Shown here: positions 1-9,341 of the stretch, in pieces
Layout of the letters: the number at the start of each line of letters is the position of its first letter
Numbering within the stretch: position 1 is the stretch's first letter
From: Puia sp.
GTDB lineage: Bacteria; Bacteroidota; Bacteroidia; Chitinophagales; Chitinophagaceae
Assembly: GCA_035937535.1 (NCBI GenBank)
Contig: DASZHV010000002.1
Coordinates: 31,639-95,638, forward strand
DNA: 64,000 nt
Direction: 5' to 3'
Made by a program: the position numbers and the translations under genes
The notes under the pieces: model-generated
The model's database searches: none
Told to the model about the DNA's origin: nothing
Seen by the model: the letters and a program-made list of their open reading frames with translations, nothing else

Positions 1-44
1 GCGGGAATGTGGAAGTCAGGACTATCGTTCCAATGGAACTTTAA
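1..44 (+). CDS. 3' end of a YciI/DGPF-family protein (partial, starts before the window)
   Basis: Frame from nt 3 reads GNVEVRTIVPMEL-stop (TAA 42-44), matching the YciI C-terminal G-x-VEVR-x-I motif. It lies directly upstream of an ECF42-like sigma factor, the usual pairing. Not in the ORF track. Confidence 0.7.
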   Translation, partial: GNVEVRTIVPMEL

Positions 45-72
45 TTTAGGTGAGCCGTCAAGCGATCTCATC

Positions 73-1323
73 ATGCAAGAAAAAGAATTACTCCCTCATC
101 TTTTCCGCACTGAATACAGGAAAATTATTTCGGTACTGGTACGGCATTTTGGATTTGAACAGTTTGCCTTTGCTGAAGATATTGCCAGTGATACATTTTT
201 AATTGCTGCGGAAACCTGGGGTCTAAAAGGATTGCCGGAAAATCCGGTTGGCTGGCTGTATACAGTTGCTAAAAATAAAGCCCGTGACCTGGTAAAACGG
301 AATGCTATTTTCCAGCATAAAGTCCGTGTTGCAGTTATCAGCGATGAAAAATCAGATCCAGAAACCGATATTGATCTTTCTGAAGAAAATATCAAAGATA
401 GTCAGCTGCAGATGATGTTTGCCATTGCCGATCCGATCCTGTCCATGGAATCTCAAATTGCGCTGATCCTTCGAATTTTATGCGGATTCGGTATTGAAGA
501 AATCGCTGATGCCTTTTTAACCAATAAGGAAACCATTCACAAGCGACTTACCAGGGCAAAGGAAAAAATAAGATCAGCTCAAATTAAAATTATTTTACCG
601 TCATCAGGTGAGATCAATCAAAGAGTGGATGCCGTTTTAACAAGTTTATATCTTTTATTCAACGAGGGTTACTATTCCAGCAATCACGATTCGGTTTTAA
701 GAAAGGATTTCTGTCTGGAAGCCATGAGGCTTACGCTGCTGCTTATTGAAAATGAAAAGACAAATAAACCCAGTGTGGACGCTTTGTTTGCACTCATGTG
801 TTTTCATTCATCCCGCTTCGATGCGAGAGTAGATGACAAGGGAGAAATCATCCGCTATGAAGAGCAAAATGTCGAGTTATGGAATGAAGAATTGATCTTA
901 AAAGGCCATTATTATTTAAATAAAGCGTCCAGGGGAAAGGAATTAAGCAGTTATCATATTGAAGCTGCGATCGGTTACTGGCATACGATTAAAGATGACA
1001 GCACCGAAAAGTGGGACAATATCTTACAATTATATAACCAGTTATTATTTATCAGGTATTCACCAGTAACCGCTCTTAACCGGACCTATGCGCTTTCGAA
1101 AGTAAAAGGTAAGACTGTCGCTATTGAAGAGGCAGAGAAACTTGGTTTAACGAATAATCATCTCTACCACGTGTTACTCGGCTATCTTTTTACCGGAAGT
1201 GAAAATACAAAAGCAGTCCGGCATTTAAAAACTGCGCTGAAACTGGCAAAAACGGATAGGGAGAGAAACCTAATCAGAAAAGACCTGAAGAAAGTATGGG
1301 AGTATGGGAGTATGGGAGTGTGA
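73..1323 (+). CDS. ECF sigma-70 factor with long C-terminal TPR-like extension (ECF42/DUF6596 type)
   Basis: Region 2 AEDIASDTF...WLYTVAKNKARD, region 4 LRILCGFGIEEIADAFL...IHKRLTRAKEKI, then LYLLFNEGYY and TPR-like helices. ATG 73 preferred over ATG 7, which overlaps the upstream CDS. Confidence 0.9.
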   Translation: MQEKELLPHLFRTEYRKIISVLVRHFGFEQFAFAEDIASDTFLIAAETWGLKGLPENPVGWLYTVAKNKARDLVKRNAIFQHKVRVAVISDEKSDPETDIDLSEENIKDSQLQMMFAIADPILSMESQIALILRILCGFGIEEIADAFLTNKETIHKRLTRAKEKIRSAQIKIILPSSGEINQRVDAVLTSLYLLFNEGYYSSNHDSVLRKDFCLEAMRLTLLLIENEKTNKPSVDALFALMCFHSSRFDARVDDKGEIIRYEEQNVELWNEELILKGHYYLNKASRGKELSSYHIEAAIGYWHTIKDDSTEKWDNILQLYNQLLFIRYSPVTALNRTYALSKVKGKTVAIEEAEKLGLTNNHLYHVLLGYLFTGSENTKAVRHLKTALKLAKTDRERNLIRKDLKKVWEYGSMGV

Positions 1324-1363
1324 AAATTATTCCCATACTCCCATACTCCCATACTCCCATACT
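1293..1363. repeat. Inverted pair of 8-bp tandem arrays: (AGTATGGG)x3 plus a partial copy, and (CCCATACT)x4
   Basis: Read directly: 1293-1322 and 1331-1363, between convergent genes. Confidence 0.95.
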
Positions 1364-1367
1364 TTCC

Positions 1368-1628
1368 TCAGCTTTCCTTCGTGTGTAAAAAGCTACTGAC
1401 TTTTTCCTGTGCAGTGTGTAGAAAATCGCTTCCCTTAGCCTGAGCCTGGGCAAGAAACTCAGCACCTTTAGTTTTGATCGTTTCTCCCAGAGCCGCAGCA
1501 TCCAGATGTTCATGCATGGATGCAGGAACTTTTTCCTTAATATATTCCATCATATGATTTGCAGCATCCTTTGCCTGCTCTGCGGTCAACCCGATTTTTT
1601 CCTGTAATGATTGAATTAATGCGTTCAT
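1368..1628 (-). CDS. Small helical hypothetical protein (86 aa)
   Basis: ATG start with A-rich upstream context; amphipathic N-terminus MNALIQSLQEKIGLTAEQAK; fills the gap between genes. Confidence 0.75.
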   Translation of the reverse strand: MNALIQSLQEKIGLTAEQAKDAANHMMEYIKEKVPASMHEHLDAAALGETIKTKGAEFLAQAQAKGSDFLHTAQEKVSSFLHTKES

Positions 1629-1705
1629 AAAAAAAGATTTAGACAGGAAATTTAATGAAATAACACGATTTAAATCATGTTATTCCCGGAATTTACAATT
1701 GCTTA

Positions 1706-2959
1706 TTATTTCATAGATGGTACAAGTTTAAAAACAATCACTTCGTGGGATGCAATTTCATGCATCAGCTTTTTATCCGTTTTCCCTGCATCTTTTTTCA
1801 ACCAAAGATCCCTCAGTGAAAAATATTGATTGTCAAAATGGATTTCAAGCCCGGACTGGGCATCTGAAATATTAAGGTCCTTCCAGTCAAGGCTAATTTT
1901 CTTTGAACTGCCCGTACGGTTCAAAAAACAAATCGCCAATTCATTATTTTTTAAAGGCTTAACCCACATCTCAAGACTATCCGGCATTATCATTTTAAAT
2001 GCAGAAATTCCACGGGCATCCTGGTCTATGGCTATCATTTCTTTATTGGTAAGAATATCCCTTGTTTGTGGTGACATTTTACGTAAATCATTTCCGGCTG
2101 CAAGGGGTGCAGACAGCATACACCAAAGGGAAAAATGTGATTTGTCCTCATTAAAACTCATGCCATTTCCAACTTCCAGCATATCCGGATCATTCCAATG
2201 ATTCGGACCATTGTATTTCCTGATGGGTATCTGTTTATCAAGGATACTTATAACAGATTGAGCTTCCCAGTTGCCGTAATTTTTGTTTGAAATGAAACTG
2301 GGAGTAATATCACCTGTAGTTCGATATAATTCGCCGACGCCGCCTGCCCAAAGCCAGGGTGCATGACCACCCCATTCGCAGATACTAAAAACAATAGGCC
2401 TTCCGGTTGCCCTTAATGCAGCACTCATGGTTTTATAAGCTTCCGGTGTATTGAGACTATCGGTATTACACCAGTCATATTTCAAAAAATCCACACCCCA
2501 GGACGCATATAATCTAGCATCTTCATATTCATGACCCCGGGTGCCCGGATATCCAGCGCAGGTTTTGGATCCGGCGCAATTGTAAATACCGAATTTCAAA
2601 CCTTTTGAATGAACATAATCTGCAAATGCTTTCATTCCGTGGGGGAATTTAACGGGATCAGCAACCAGGCTGCCATTCTGATCGCGATCCATGGCCATCC
2701 ATCCGTCGTCCAGTACAAAATATTGGTAACCTGATTCCCGCATTCCTGAACTGATAAAAACATCAACCATTTCCCTCAGCATGTCCTCGCTGATCTTTGT
2801 CTGGAAAGTATTCCATGTATTAAATCCCATCGGGGGTGTTGGCGCAAGCCGGCCGGTAAGAATTTTACCATTGGCTGAGGATTCATTGCCTTGGGGAAAT
2901 GCGTCGAAGAAAAAAACAAGACTAAGAAATATTAGCAGCGGAGCTTTGAAAAACTTCAT
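1706..2959 (-). CDS. Alpha-galactosidase, glycoside hydrolase family 27
   Basis: Signal peptide; TPPMGFNTWN, LDDGW, FLKYDWC (nucleophile Asp), RTTGDI, WNDPDMLEVGNG. Confidence 0.95.
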   Translation of the reverse strand: MKFFKAPLLIFLSLVFFFDAFPQGNESSANGKILTGRLAPTPPMGFNTWNTFQTKISEDMLREMVDVFISSGMRESGYQYFVLDDGWMAMDRDQNGSLVADPVKFPHGMKAFADYVHSKGLKFGIYNCAGSKTCAGYPGTRGHEYEDARLYASWGVDFLKYDWCNTDSLNTPEAYKTMSAALRATGRPIVFSICEWGGHAPWLWAGGVGELYRTTGDITPSFISNKNYGNWEAQSVISILDKQIPIRKYNGPNHWNDPDMLEVGNGMSFNEDKSHFSLWCMLSAPLAAGNDLRKMSPQTRDILTNKEMIAIDQDARGISAFKMIMPDSLEMWVKPLKNNELAICFLNRTGSSKKISLDWKDLNISDAQSGLEIHFDNQYFSLRDLWLKKDAGKTDKKLMHEIASHEVIVFKLVPSMK

Positions 2960-3038
2960 GGTTGAAAGTTTAAGGTTGCAGAAAGATAAGTTATTAAAAA
3001 TAAAAAATATTCATACCAGTTCATATGAATATAAACCG

Positions 3039-3812
3039 CTAATCGGGATACTTTTTATCATTGATATACTGAACTATTCCCAGCAGGCTCTGTTCATTTA
3101 TTTCATTATCGTGCAGAGAGAAAAATCCATCAAGCAATTTTGAATCATCCTTAAATGCGCGACGTACAGAATTTTCTTTTAGCAACAATTTCCGGAATAT
3201 CTTGTTTCCCGGATATGTAAGAAAAAATTCATAGGTATCTGTAAATTCATCATATTTTTTCCCCTTTGTAGAATACCCATCGGATGAATAATCTGCCCAA
3301 TAATAATTTGTGACGAGCCTTTTATATAAAGAATAACCTTTGGGAGATTCAATAACAGGAATCAGATAAAATTTATTACTGATCCAGGATATTTTTTGAA
3401 AAGTATATAGCGTGTTATTTTCAACCAACTCAAAACTAGAAACAGAATCGATCCCATAAGTCCTTAATTTATAAGTATTGTCAATCACGTAAATAAGATT
3501 CTGCATCTTATCATAATTAAATAGCATTTCCTGGTCAGGTTCCGGAATTCGTTTATGATTTATTAATTCAATATGTCCCTGTACCCATGATTTAGCCAGA
3601 TAAGGGCTCCCTTCAACCTTTTCCTTTTCAAAAAAATGTGGTAACAAATTAGGATTCCTGTCTAAAAAGGAAGGGAGTTTTGGGCCAGTAGGGTCCTGGT
3701 CCTGGGCTTCCACATGAACAAAACTAAACGTTATGCACAATAGAATACAAAGACAGAATCGTTTCCTATTTTTCCCTGTAATTACCACCAGGTTTATCTT
3801 ATTAAAATCCAT
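3039..3812 (-). CDS. Secreted hypothetical protein
   Basis: Long ORF with signal peptide ending VEA-QD. ATG 3812 preferred over TTG 3827. Confidence 0.75.
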   Translation of the reverse strand: MDFNKINLVVITGKNRKRFCLCILLCITFSFVHVEAQDQDPTGPKLPSFLDRNPNLLPHFFEKEKVEGSPYLAKSWVQGHIELINHKRIPEPDQEMLFNYDKMQNLIYVIDNTYKLRTYGIDSVSSFELVENNTLYTFQKISWISNKFYLIPVIESPKGYSLYKRLVTNYYWADYSSDGYSTKGKKYDEFTDTYEFFLTYPGNKIFRKLLLKENSVRRAFKDDSKLLDGFFSLHDNEINEQSLLGIVQYINDKKYPD

Positions 3813-3943
3813 AATAAAATTAAACAATATAAACTAATGCATTCAGACTACATTATGTATTACATGGAATTATTCAAAGTTGAAAACCGGGAAGGTCAGT
3901 TTTTAATTCAGTACCTGAGATATAAAATCAAACTGGGGGACAT

Positions 3944-3979
3944 AAAAAAGCCGTGCAAATAGTTATTTACACGGCTTTT
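3944..3979 (-). terminator. Intrinsic terminator downstream of the OmpA/MotB-like gene
   Basis: AAAAGCCGTG...CACGGCTTTT stem; T6 tail on the minus strand. Confidence 0.75.
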
Positions 3980-4039
3980 CAATTATTTTAAAAATAAAGA
4001 ATCTGTTTACTGATTACCATTTATTGAATATCATGGAAT

Positions 4040-4831
4040 CTATTGGCCCATCATATCCCATAATTTCGAAAGATCGGGATTCAGGACGATCTGAATGCGG
4101 CGATTCATAGCTCTCCCTTCCTTGGTACCATTATCAGCAACAGGATTATACTTACTTCTTCCACCTGCAAGCAATCTGGTAGGATCAACATCATAACTAT
4201 CTCGCAAAACCCTGACAATGCTATTTGCTCTTTCAGTGCTCAGGGACCAGTTATCAGTAAAGCGGGCATTATGAATTTTAAGAGAATCGGTATTACCCAC
4301 AACATAGATCTGAACCCTGGGATAATTATTGAGTACGGATGCCAGGGGCGATAGTGCGTCCTTGAATTTTTTTCCAAGTGTAGCGCTTCCCTGTGCGAAC
4401 AACAATGCTTCAGGAAGACTTACATACAAAAATCCATTTCTGAAACTAACATCAATACCTGAATCAGCCAATGCAGATAATCCGGTAATAATTTTTTCCC
4501 TGATTTCTTTCAGGGATGTTCCCTGTTCAGCAAGAGCCGCGTTCAACATAGCCTGTCTCGCCTTCAAATCATTAATAAGATTCCGGTATGCCGTGGCATC
4601 TTTACTTAAAGAAGCATTCTGACTTGAAAGGCTGGAGATCTGATTATTCAGATCAGCAATCTTGGCATTACTTGCATTTATTGTATTGGTGAGATTCGTG
4701 TTGCAGGTTGCCGAATCAGTTTGCAACTTTTGGATATGGTCCTGCGCAGCCAGAAGTTCTTTCTTTGCTTTGCAGGAACTCATAGCGATCATAATGGCAA
4801 AAAAAATACCTGAGAATAATCTTGATTTCAT
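4040..4831 (-). CDS. OmpA/MotB-family peptidoglycan-binding lipoprotein with coiled coil
   Basis: Lipobox MSSC; coiled coil; VVGNTDS, NWSLSTERANSIV, RAMNRRIQIV. Confidence 0.9.
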   Translation of the reverse strand: MKSRLFSGIFFAIMIAMSSCKAKKELLAAQDHIQKLQTDSATCNTNLTNTINASNAKIADLNNQISSLSSQNASLSKDATAYRNLINDLKARQAMLNAALAEQGTSLKEIREKIITGLSALADSGIDVSFRNGFLYVSLPEALLFAQGSATLGKKFKDALSPLASVLNNYPRVQIYVVGNTDSLKIHNARFTDNWSLSTERANSIVRVLRDSYDVDPTRLLAGGRSKYNPVADNGTKEGRAMNRRIQIVLNPDLSKLWDMMGQ

Positions 4832-5131
4832 AACTAAAGTTTTAAGTTGTTTTTAATTGTTTTAATAACTGCCGTATAATTATTCAATTTTGAATATTCA
4901 GAATTATAGTTTTTTATATTGCCTCTAACCCTTGAAAATTAGTAGGATTTCAAAATTCGGGTAAATCTTACTAAAAATTCAATTTTGATAGCTGAGGTTG
5001 GATAAGTAACAGTTAAATAACCTCTAAGTAGGTCGAAAAAACATTTATTTCAGTTCGTTTACCAATACCACAAAGACTACAGTGGTTTATCAGGAGATAT
5101 CCACTGTAGGTCTGACAAAATTCAGGCCATA

Positions 5132-5602
5132 TTATGGTTTGAGCATTGACCAATGTACATTCCTAAACTGCCATCCACGAAACGTTTTTTCAGCCAGAGC
5201 GCTGAAATAACCTCCCTGCGATAATTTTCTTCCGGACGAATCGATAATCTCTTCATGAAAACCAGCCCCTATAGATGCCAAATTTGGAGTCAACGGATCT
5301 ATACGAAGATGATCCCATTGAAGACTTATCTGACGGAAAGTCTTTACCAGGGTATCTCTTATATATCTATTGGCGCTTTGATAGTCCTTGAATGCAAGCC
5401 CTCCCTCAACAGCCATAAAAAAACCAGGGTTGTCTTCAAAATAATCAAGCCAGGCAATAGGCCCTTTTACTGAAAGATCCGATACAATATGTTCTGTCAT
5501 TCTGCTTACGCTGTCTTTTACATCATCTGCATCTTTTGAACTTAGTGACGAATTATTAGAATTACAGGAAAAAAAGAAGATTAACAACCATATATATTTC
5601 AT
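5132..5602 (-). CDS. NTF2/SnoaL-like lipoprotein
   Basis: Lipobox FFSC; C-terminal GWQFRNVHWS strand pattern. Confidence 0.7.
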   Translation of the reverse strand: MKYIWLLIFFFSCNSNNSSLSSKDADDVKDSVSRMTEHIVSDLSVKGPIAWLDYFEDNPGFFMAVEGGLAFKDYQSANRYIRDTLVKTFRQISLQWDHLRIDPLTPNLASIGAGFHEEIIDSSGRKLSQGGYFSALAEKTFRGWQFRNVHWSMLKP

Positions 5603-5663
5603 AACAGATATCGTTTAAATTGTTCTTTAAAGTTAAAAAGTCTTTGTAACTTTTGATTGATCT

Positions 5664-6056
5664 ATGACTTTCAAAAACGCCATAAGCTGGTTTGAAATTC
5701 CAACAGCGGATATTAACCGCGCTCAAAAATTCTATGAATCAATTTTTGATATCCGTATGGCCCCATTGGATATGCCGCAGCTTCAAATGCGGCTTTTTCC
5801 TTTAACCGATATGATGAATGGGATTGGAGGTGCATTATGCAATAGTGGCGGATTCTATATTCCGTCCGAAGATAAGGGACCACTGATTTACCTAAATGCG
5901 AATCCGGACGTACAAATTATCCTTGACAGGATCGAGTCTGCGGGCGGCAGGATTACAGTTCCCAAAACCCAGATTTCGCCTGAGTATGGTTATATGGCTG
6001 TGTTTATAGATACGGAAGGAAACCGGATTGCATTACACTCCGTTCCGCAGGGATAA
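5664..6056 (+). CDS. VOC/glyoxalase family protein
   Basis: WFEIPTADINRAQKFY and GYMAVFIDTEGNRIALH. Confidence 0.92.
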   Translation: MTFKNAISWFEIPTADINRAQKFYESIFDIRMAPLDMPQLQMRLFPLTDMMNGIGGALCNSGGFYIPSEDKGPLIYLNANPDVQIILDRIESAGGRITVPKTQISPEYGYMAVFIDTEGNRIALHSVPQG

Positions 6057-6093
6057 ATTACCTTTCTTTCAAAGTTAATTTAAATCCGTTCAC

Positions 6094-6504
6094 ATGTCAG
6101 TTATCCACTTTATACTTTCATCTGTTTGCATAGGTGTTGCAAATACGGTTATAGAATGGTTTTTCATTGGCTTTTTGTTTCATAAATTTCAGGCCCTGAC
6201 GCCACAAACCTGGCGACCTGAAAGCTATTCAAGTTATATATATAGCAGCTTATTATCTCTTCTGTTTGGGGTAATATTTACCTTTTTCTATTTAAAAATA
6301 GGGTCTAGATATGTTCTACCAGGAAATTTATGGTCGGCATGTAAATTAGGTTTAATGTGTTTCGCAGGTTTTACTTTTATCTCTGAATTGGGCAATGCCA
6401 TTTATATCAACTACGACAGGAAGTTCCTGGCGGGCAAATTGATCGCCATCTGTCTAAGTTACATAGTTGCAGTAATTATTGCTGGCTATTTCTATTCTGT
6501 ATAA
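6094..6504 (+). CDS. Integral membrane hypothetical protein (about 4 TM)
   Basis: Hydrophobic segments; co-oriented with the VOC gene. Confidence 0.75.
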   Translation: MSVIHFILSSVCIGVANTVIEWFFIGFLFHKFQALTPQTWRPESYSSYIYSSLLSLLFGVIFTFFYLKIGSRYVLPGNLWSACKLGLMCFAGFTFISELGNAIYINYDRKFLAGKLIAICLSYIVAVIIAGYFYSV

Positions 6505-6922
6505 TTTTAAGAGCAGTATATATTCAGAAAAATTATCTGGTTCCAGTTAACCAGCCTTACGGGATTTACAAGTTAATATTATACAAAATAAAGGATAACA
6601 GTTGTAGGAGATTCTACTCAATTATTTTATTTCTAAATACAAAAAAATCAGCAAGCTGGATTTACATCTGGTAAAAACAAGAGTAGCCCCGCTCTCCTGA
6701 CGCTGTGCATAAATTAATTGACATTATCTTAATATTCCACCCATTCAAAATTCTTACCTTTCTAAAAGGAAATTAATCAGTAAGATATATTTCCTCCCCA
6801 GGCGTTTCTCATTTTTGATACTTCATTCATAACCTTTTAAACTTATAAATTAACAGGCTACCACCTGGAATAAGCTTATCCATTGAGTTTAAACCATTTT
6901 ATTCATTCTAAAATTTTATTGT

Positions 6923-7660
6923 ATGTCTAAAAAACCAAATATCCTGCTCGTGCACGGAGCATGGGCAGACGGATCCAGTTGGGGCAAAGTAATTTCTCTT
7001 TTAACAGAAGCAGGATATAATATAGTTGCGACACAGCAAAAATTGGTTTCCCTTGAGGATGATGCTGAAACAGTAAGGCGTGCTGCTGAATCGTTGGATG
7101 GTCCTGTTTTGCTAGTCGGACATTCATATGGAGGAGCTGTAATCACAGAAGCGGCCCATTTATGTCCCAATGTAATCGGGTTGGTTTATATTGCCGGCTT
7201 TGCATTGGATAAAGGAGAAAGTCTTGAGATACTTTCAGCCAGCGGACCCGTTGCACCTCCCGGAGCAGCAGCAATCCGTCCGGATAAATATGGATTCCTA
7301 TGGATCGATAGAGAAATGTTTGCAGATAACTTTTGTCAGGACGTTGATAAAACGGAAGCACATGTTATGGCTGTAGTCCAAAAACCTCTTTCTTTAACCG
7401 CATTTCAGGGTAAAATAACCGATGCCGGTTGGAAAAACCTGCCCTGCTGGTACCAGGTTTCTATGAACGACCGAATGATCCCTCCCCCTGCTGAGCAATT
7501 CATGGCTACGCGTATCAATGCGAGAACTATTACGATACCTGCGAGCCATGCATCCATGGTTTCTCATCCGGAAAATATAAGTGAATTCATACTTGGAGCT
7601 GCTAAAGAACTTCATGCATCTTTCGCTGACGAAGCAGCAGTACATGGGTTATTGGAATAA
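6923..7660 (+). CDS. Alpha/beta hydrolase
   Basis: LVHGAW oxyanion loop, GHSYGG nucleophile elbow, DRMIP Asp, ASHASM His. Confidence 0.92.
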   Translation: MSKKPNILLVHGAWADGSSWGKVISLLTEAGYNIVATQQKLVSLEDDAETVRRAAESLDGPVLLVGHSYGGAVITEAAHLCPNVIGLVYIAGFALDKGESLEILSASGPVAPPGAAAIRPDKYGFLWIDREMFADNFCQDVDKTEAHVMAVVQKPLSLTAFQGKITDAGWKNLPCWYQVSMNDRMIPPPAEQFMATRINARTITIPASHASMVSHPENISEFILGAAKELHASFADEAAVHGLLE

Positions 7661-8368
7661 AAGTGTACCGAATCGTTCATAATCGTGAAAATTGGTTCTG
7701 GTGGGTTGCCAGGACCATTCTGAGACATTATTATCATAATCTATCCGGTAAAAATTAGCCCGCCAGCGGGTCCCTTTCACGGGTGGTATATTAGTCATGG
7801 GCTTAAGAAGTTTGTAGGGAATAAAAAACTCCGCGGTCCAGGCAACAATATCAGTATTATTTTTGATCACATGGGTAGCGTGCCGGGTTTTTCGATTGCC
7901 CTCATAATGCCAGGGTCGCCATCCGAGGAAATTTCCCTTAATATTAGGAACGAGTATTGGCAATTCATAGTTGAAAGGTGAAAGTTCATATTCAAAATAC
8001 ATGGGCACTGTTTCATCTGTCCAAAAAAACGCCTCCACTACATCTTCATTAAATAAATCTGAATAATCTTCCTTCAATGTAGATGTAAGTTTATTGTCCT
8101 GGCAATAATACAGGCAATAAATACCTGAATCTGAATACAGTATTTTCATCTTTGTCAGGTAAATATCTCCGTGTTCATTCCTTTTGAGCAGTGGGAGCCA
8201 TTTTTCTTCATTCCAGTTAACGGCAGTTCCATCTCCCGTGATTTCAAAATCTTTTGTTTTGTTTACGGACAGTACGGAAGAACTGAGAGATTGGCTCCGA
8301 AGGGTCAATGCTGGCAGTGAAACAAAAAATAAAAACGAAAGTAAAAATACCCTGTAAGTAATATTCAT
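7649..8368 (-). CDS. Secreted carbohydrate-binding family 9-like protein
   Basis: Signal peptide; ITGDG...W, DVVEAFF, YFEYELSP, WTAEFFIP, WRANFYRID. Confidence 0.8.
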   Translation of the reverse strand: MNITYRVFLLSFLFFVSLPALTLRSQSLSSSVLSVNKTKDFEITGDGTAVNWNEEKWLPLLKRNEHGDIYLTKMKILYSDSGIYCLYYCQDNKLTSTLKEDYSDLFNEDVVEAFFWTDETVPMYFEYELSPFNYELPILVPNIKGNFLGWRPWHYEGNRKTRHATHVIKNNTDIVAWTAEFFIPYKLLKPMTNIPPVKGTRWRANFYRIDYDNNVSEWSWQPTRTNFHDYERFGTLLFQ

Positions 8369-8394
8369 ATATTCCTTTCCGTGGTTGTAATTAT

Positions 8395-9288
8395 CTATTT
8401 ATCGAGCATGGGGAATAATTTTTTTATGTCATCATCATTGGGCTGAGCACCGTATTCACATATTTCAAATTCTTCTATGTACTGTACTTTATCAGCCCGC
8501 TCCTTACCATACCATTTTTCAAGAGATGCCCTGGCTTCGGGTTTGACCGGTCGTGCATTTTTTTTGTATAGCCATTTTATACGATCCTCTTTGCTTTGAG
8601 GTACCTCTTCGGAATAATGTCCGATCCACGGCAACCATTCGTACATCTGGGATTCATGGGCATCCAGGGCAGCAATTTTTTTATCATACGTACTGGTAAT
8701 ATCCACCACAATGTCGGGACGAAAAGGATTGGGTCTTTGAAAATGATCTTCATAATATATGAACACCGGATTTTTTTTCAAAGCAGGTGTTTCAGGTTCG
8801 ATATTGGGTACTGCGACCATGTATGCTGCATCCTGTACCAATACGCCCGTATACCGGTGATCAGGGTGATAATCATTCGGACGCGGAGCAAATACCAGGT
8901 CCGCATTCCATTCACGAATCTCTTTAATGATCTCCAGCCTTACTTCAAGAGTCGGCATAAGCAGCCCATCGTGGTTGTCAAGTACGTCATATGTAATGCC
9001 CAGCCGTTTTGCAGATTCCTGTGTTTCTGCATACCTCCTTTTTGCAAGTTCCTTCCCTTTTAATGTCTGATGACCAGCATCTCCATTTGTTACAGAAACA
9101 AATTTTACAGCATAACCCATCCGGGCAAAAAGTGCAGCTGTGCCACTACTCTTTTCATCACAATCATCCGGATGTGCCCCGAACATGATAATACGGATCT
9201 TTCCGTTATCCTGCTGCGCGTTTACTGAAACCGAAATGCAAATATGCAACAGCATTATAAATAAAAAATTCCTGCAAAATATTTTCAT
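8395..9288 (-). CDS. PIG-L/LmbE family deacetylase (secreted)
   Basis: GAHPDDCD, TNGDAG, DYHPDH, LDAHESQ; signal peptide VNA-QQ. Confidence 0.92.
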   Translation of the reverse strand: MKIFCRNFLFIMLLHICISVSVNAQQDNGKIRIIMFGAHPDDCDEKSSGTAALFARMGYAVKFVSVTNGDAGHQTLKGKELAKRRYAETQESAKRLGITYDVLDNHDGLLMPTLEVRLEIIKEIREWNADLVFAPRPNDYHPDHRYTGVLVQDAAYMVAVPNIEPETPALKKNPVFIYYEDHFQRPNPFRPDIVVDITSTYDKKIAALDAHESQMYEWLPWIGHYSEEVPQSKEDRIKWLYKKNARPVKPEARASLEKWYGKERADKVQYIEEFEICEYGAQPNDDDIKKLFPMLDK

Positions 9289-9341
9289 AAAAAAACTTTA
9301 GTGTGATTATAATAGAAACCAGATTTTGAATACCAGAGATG

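Noticed and set aside
1274-1513. 79-aa minus-strand ORF
   Set aside because: It overlaps two better-supported genes, and its tail is a translation of the repeat array.
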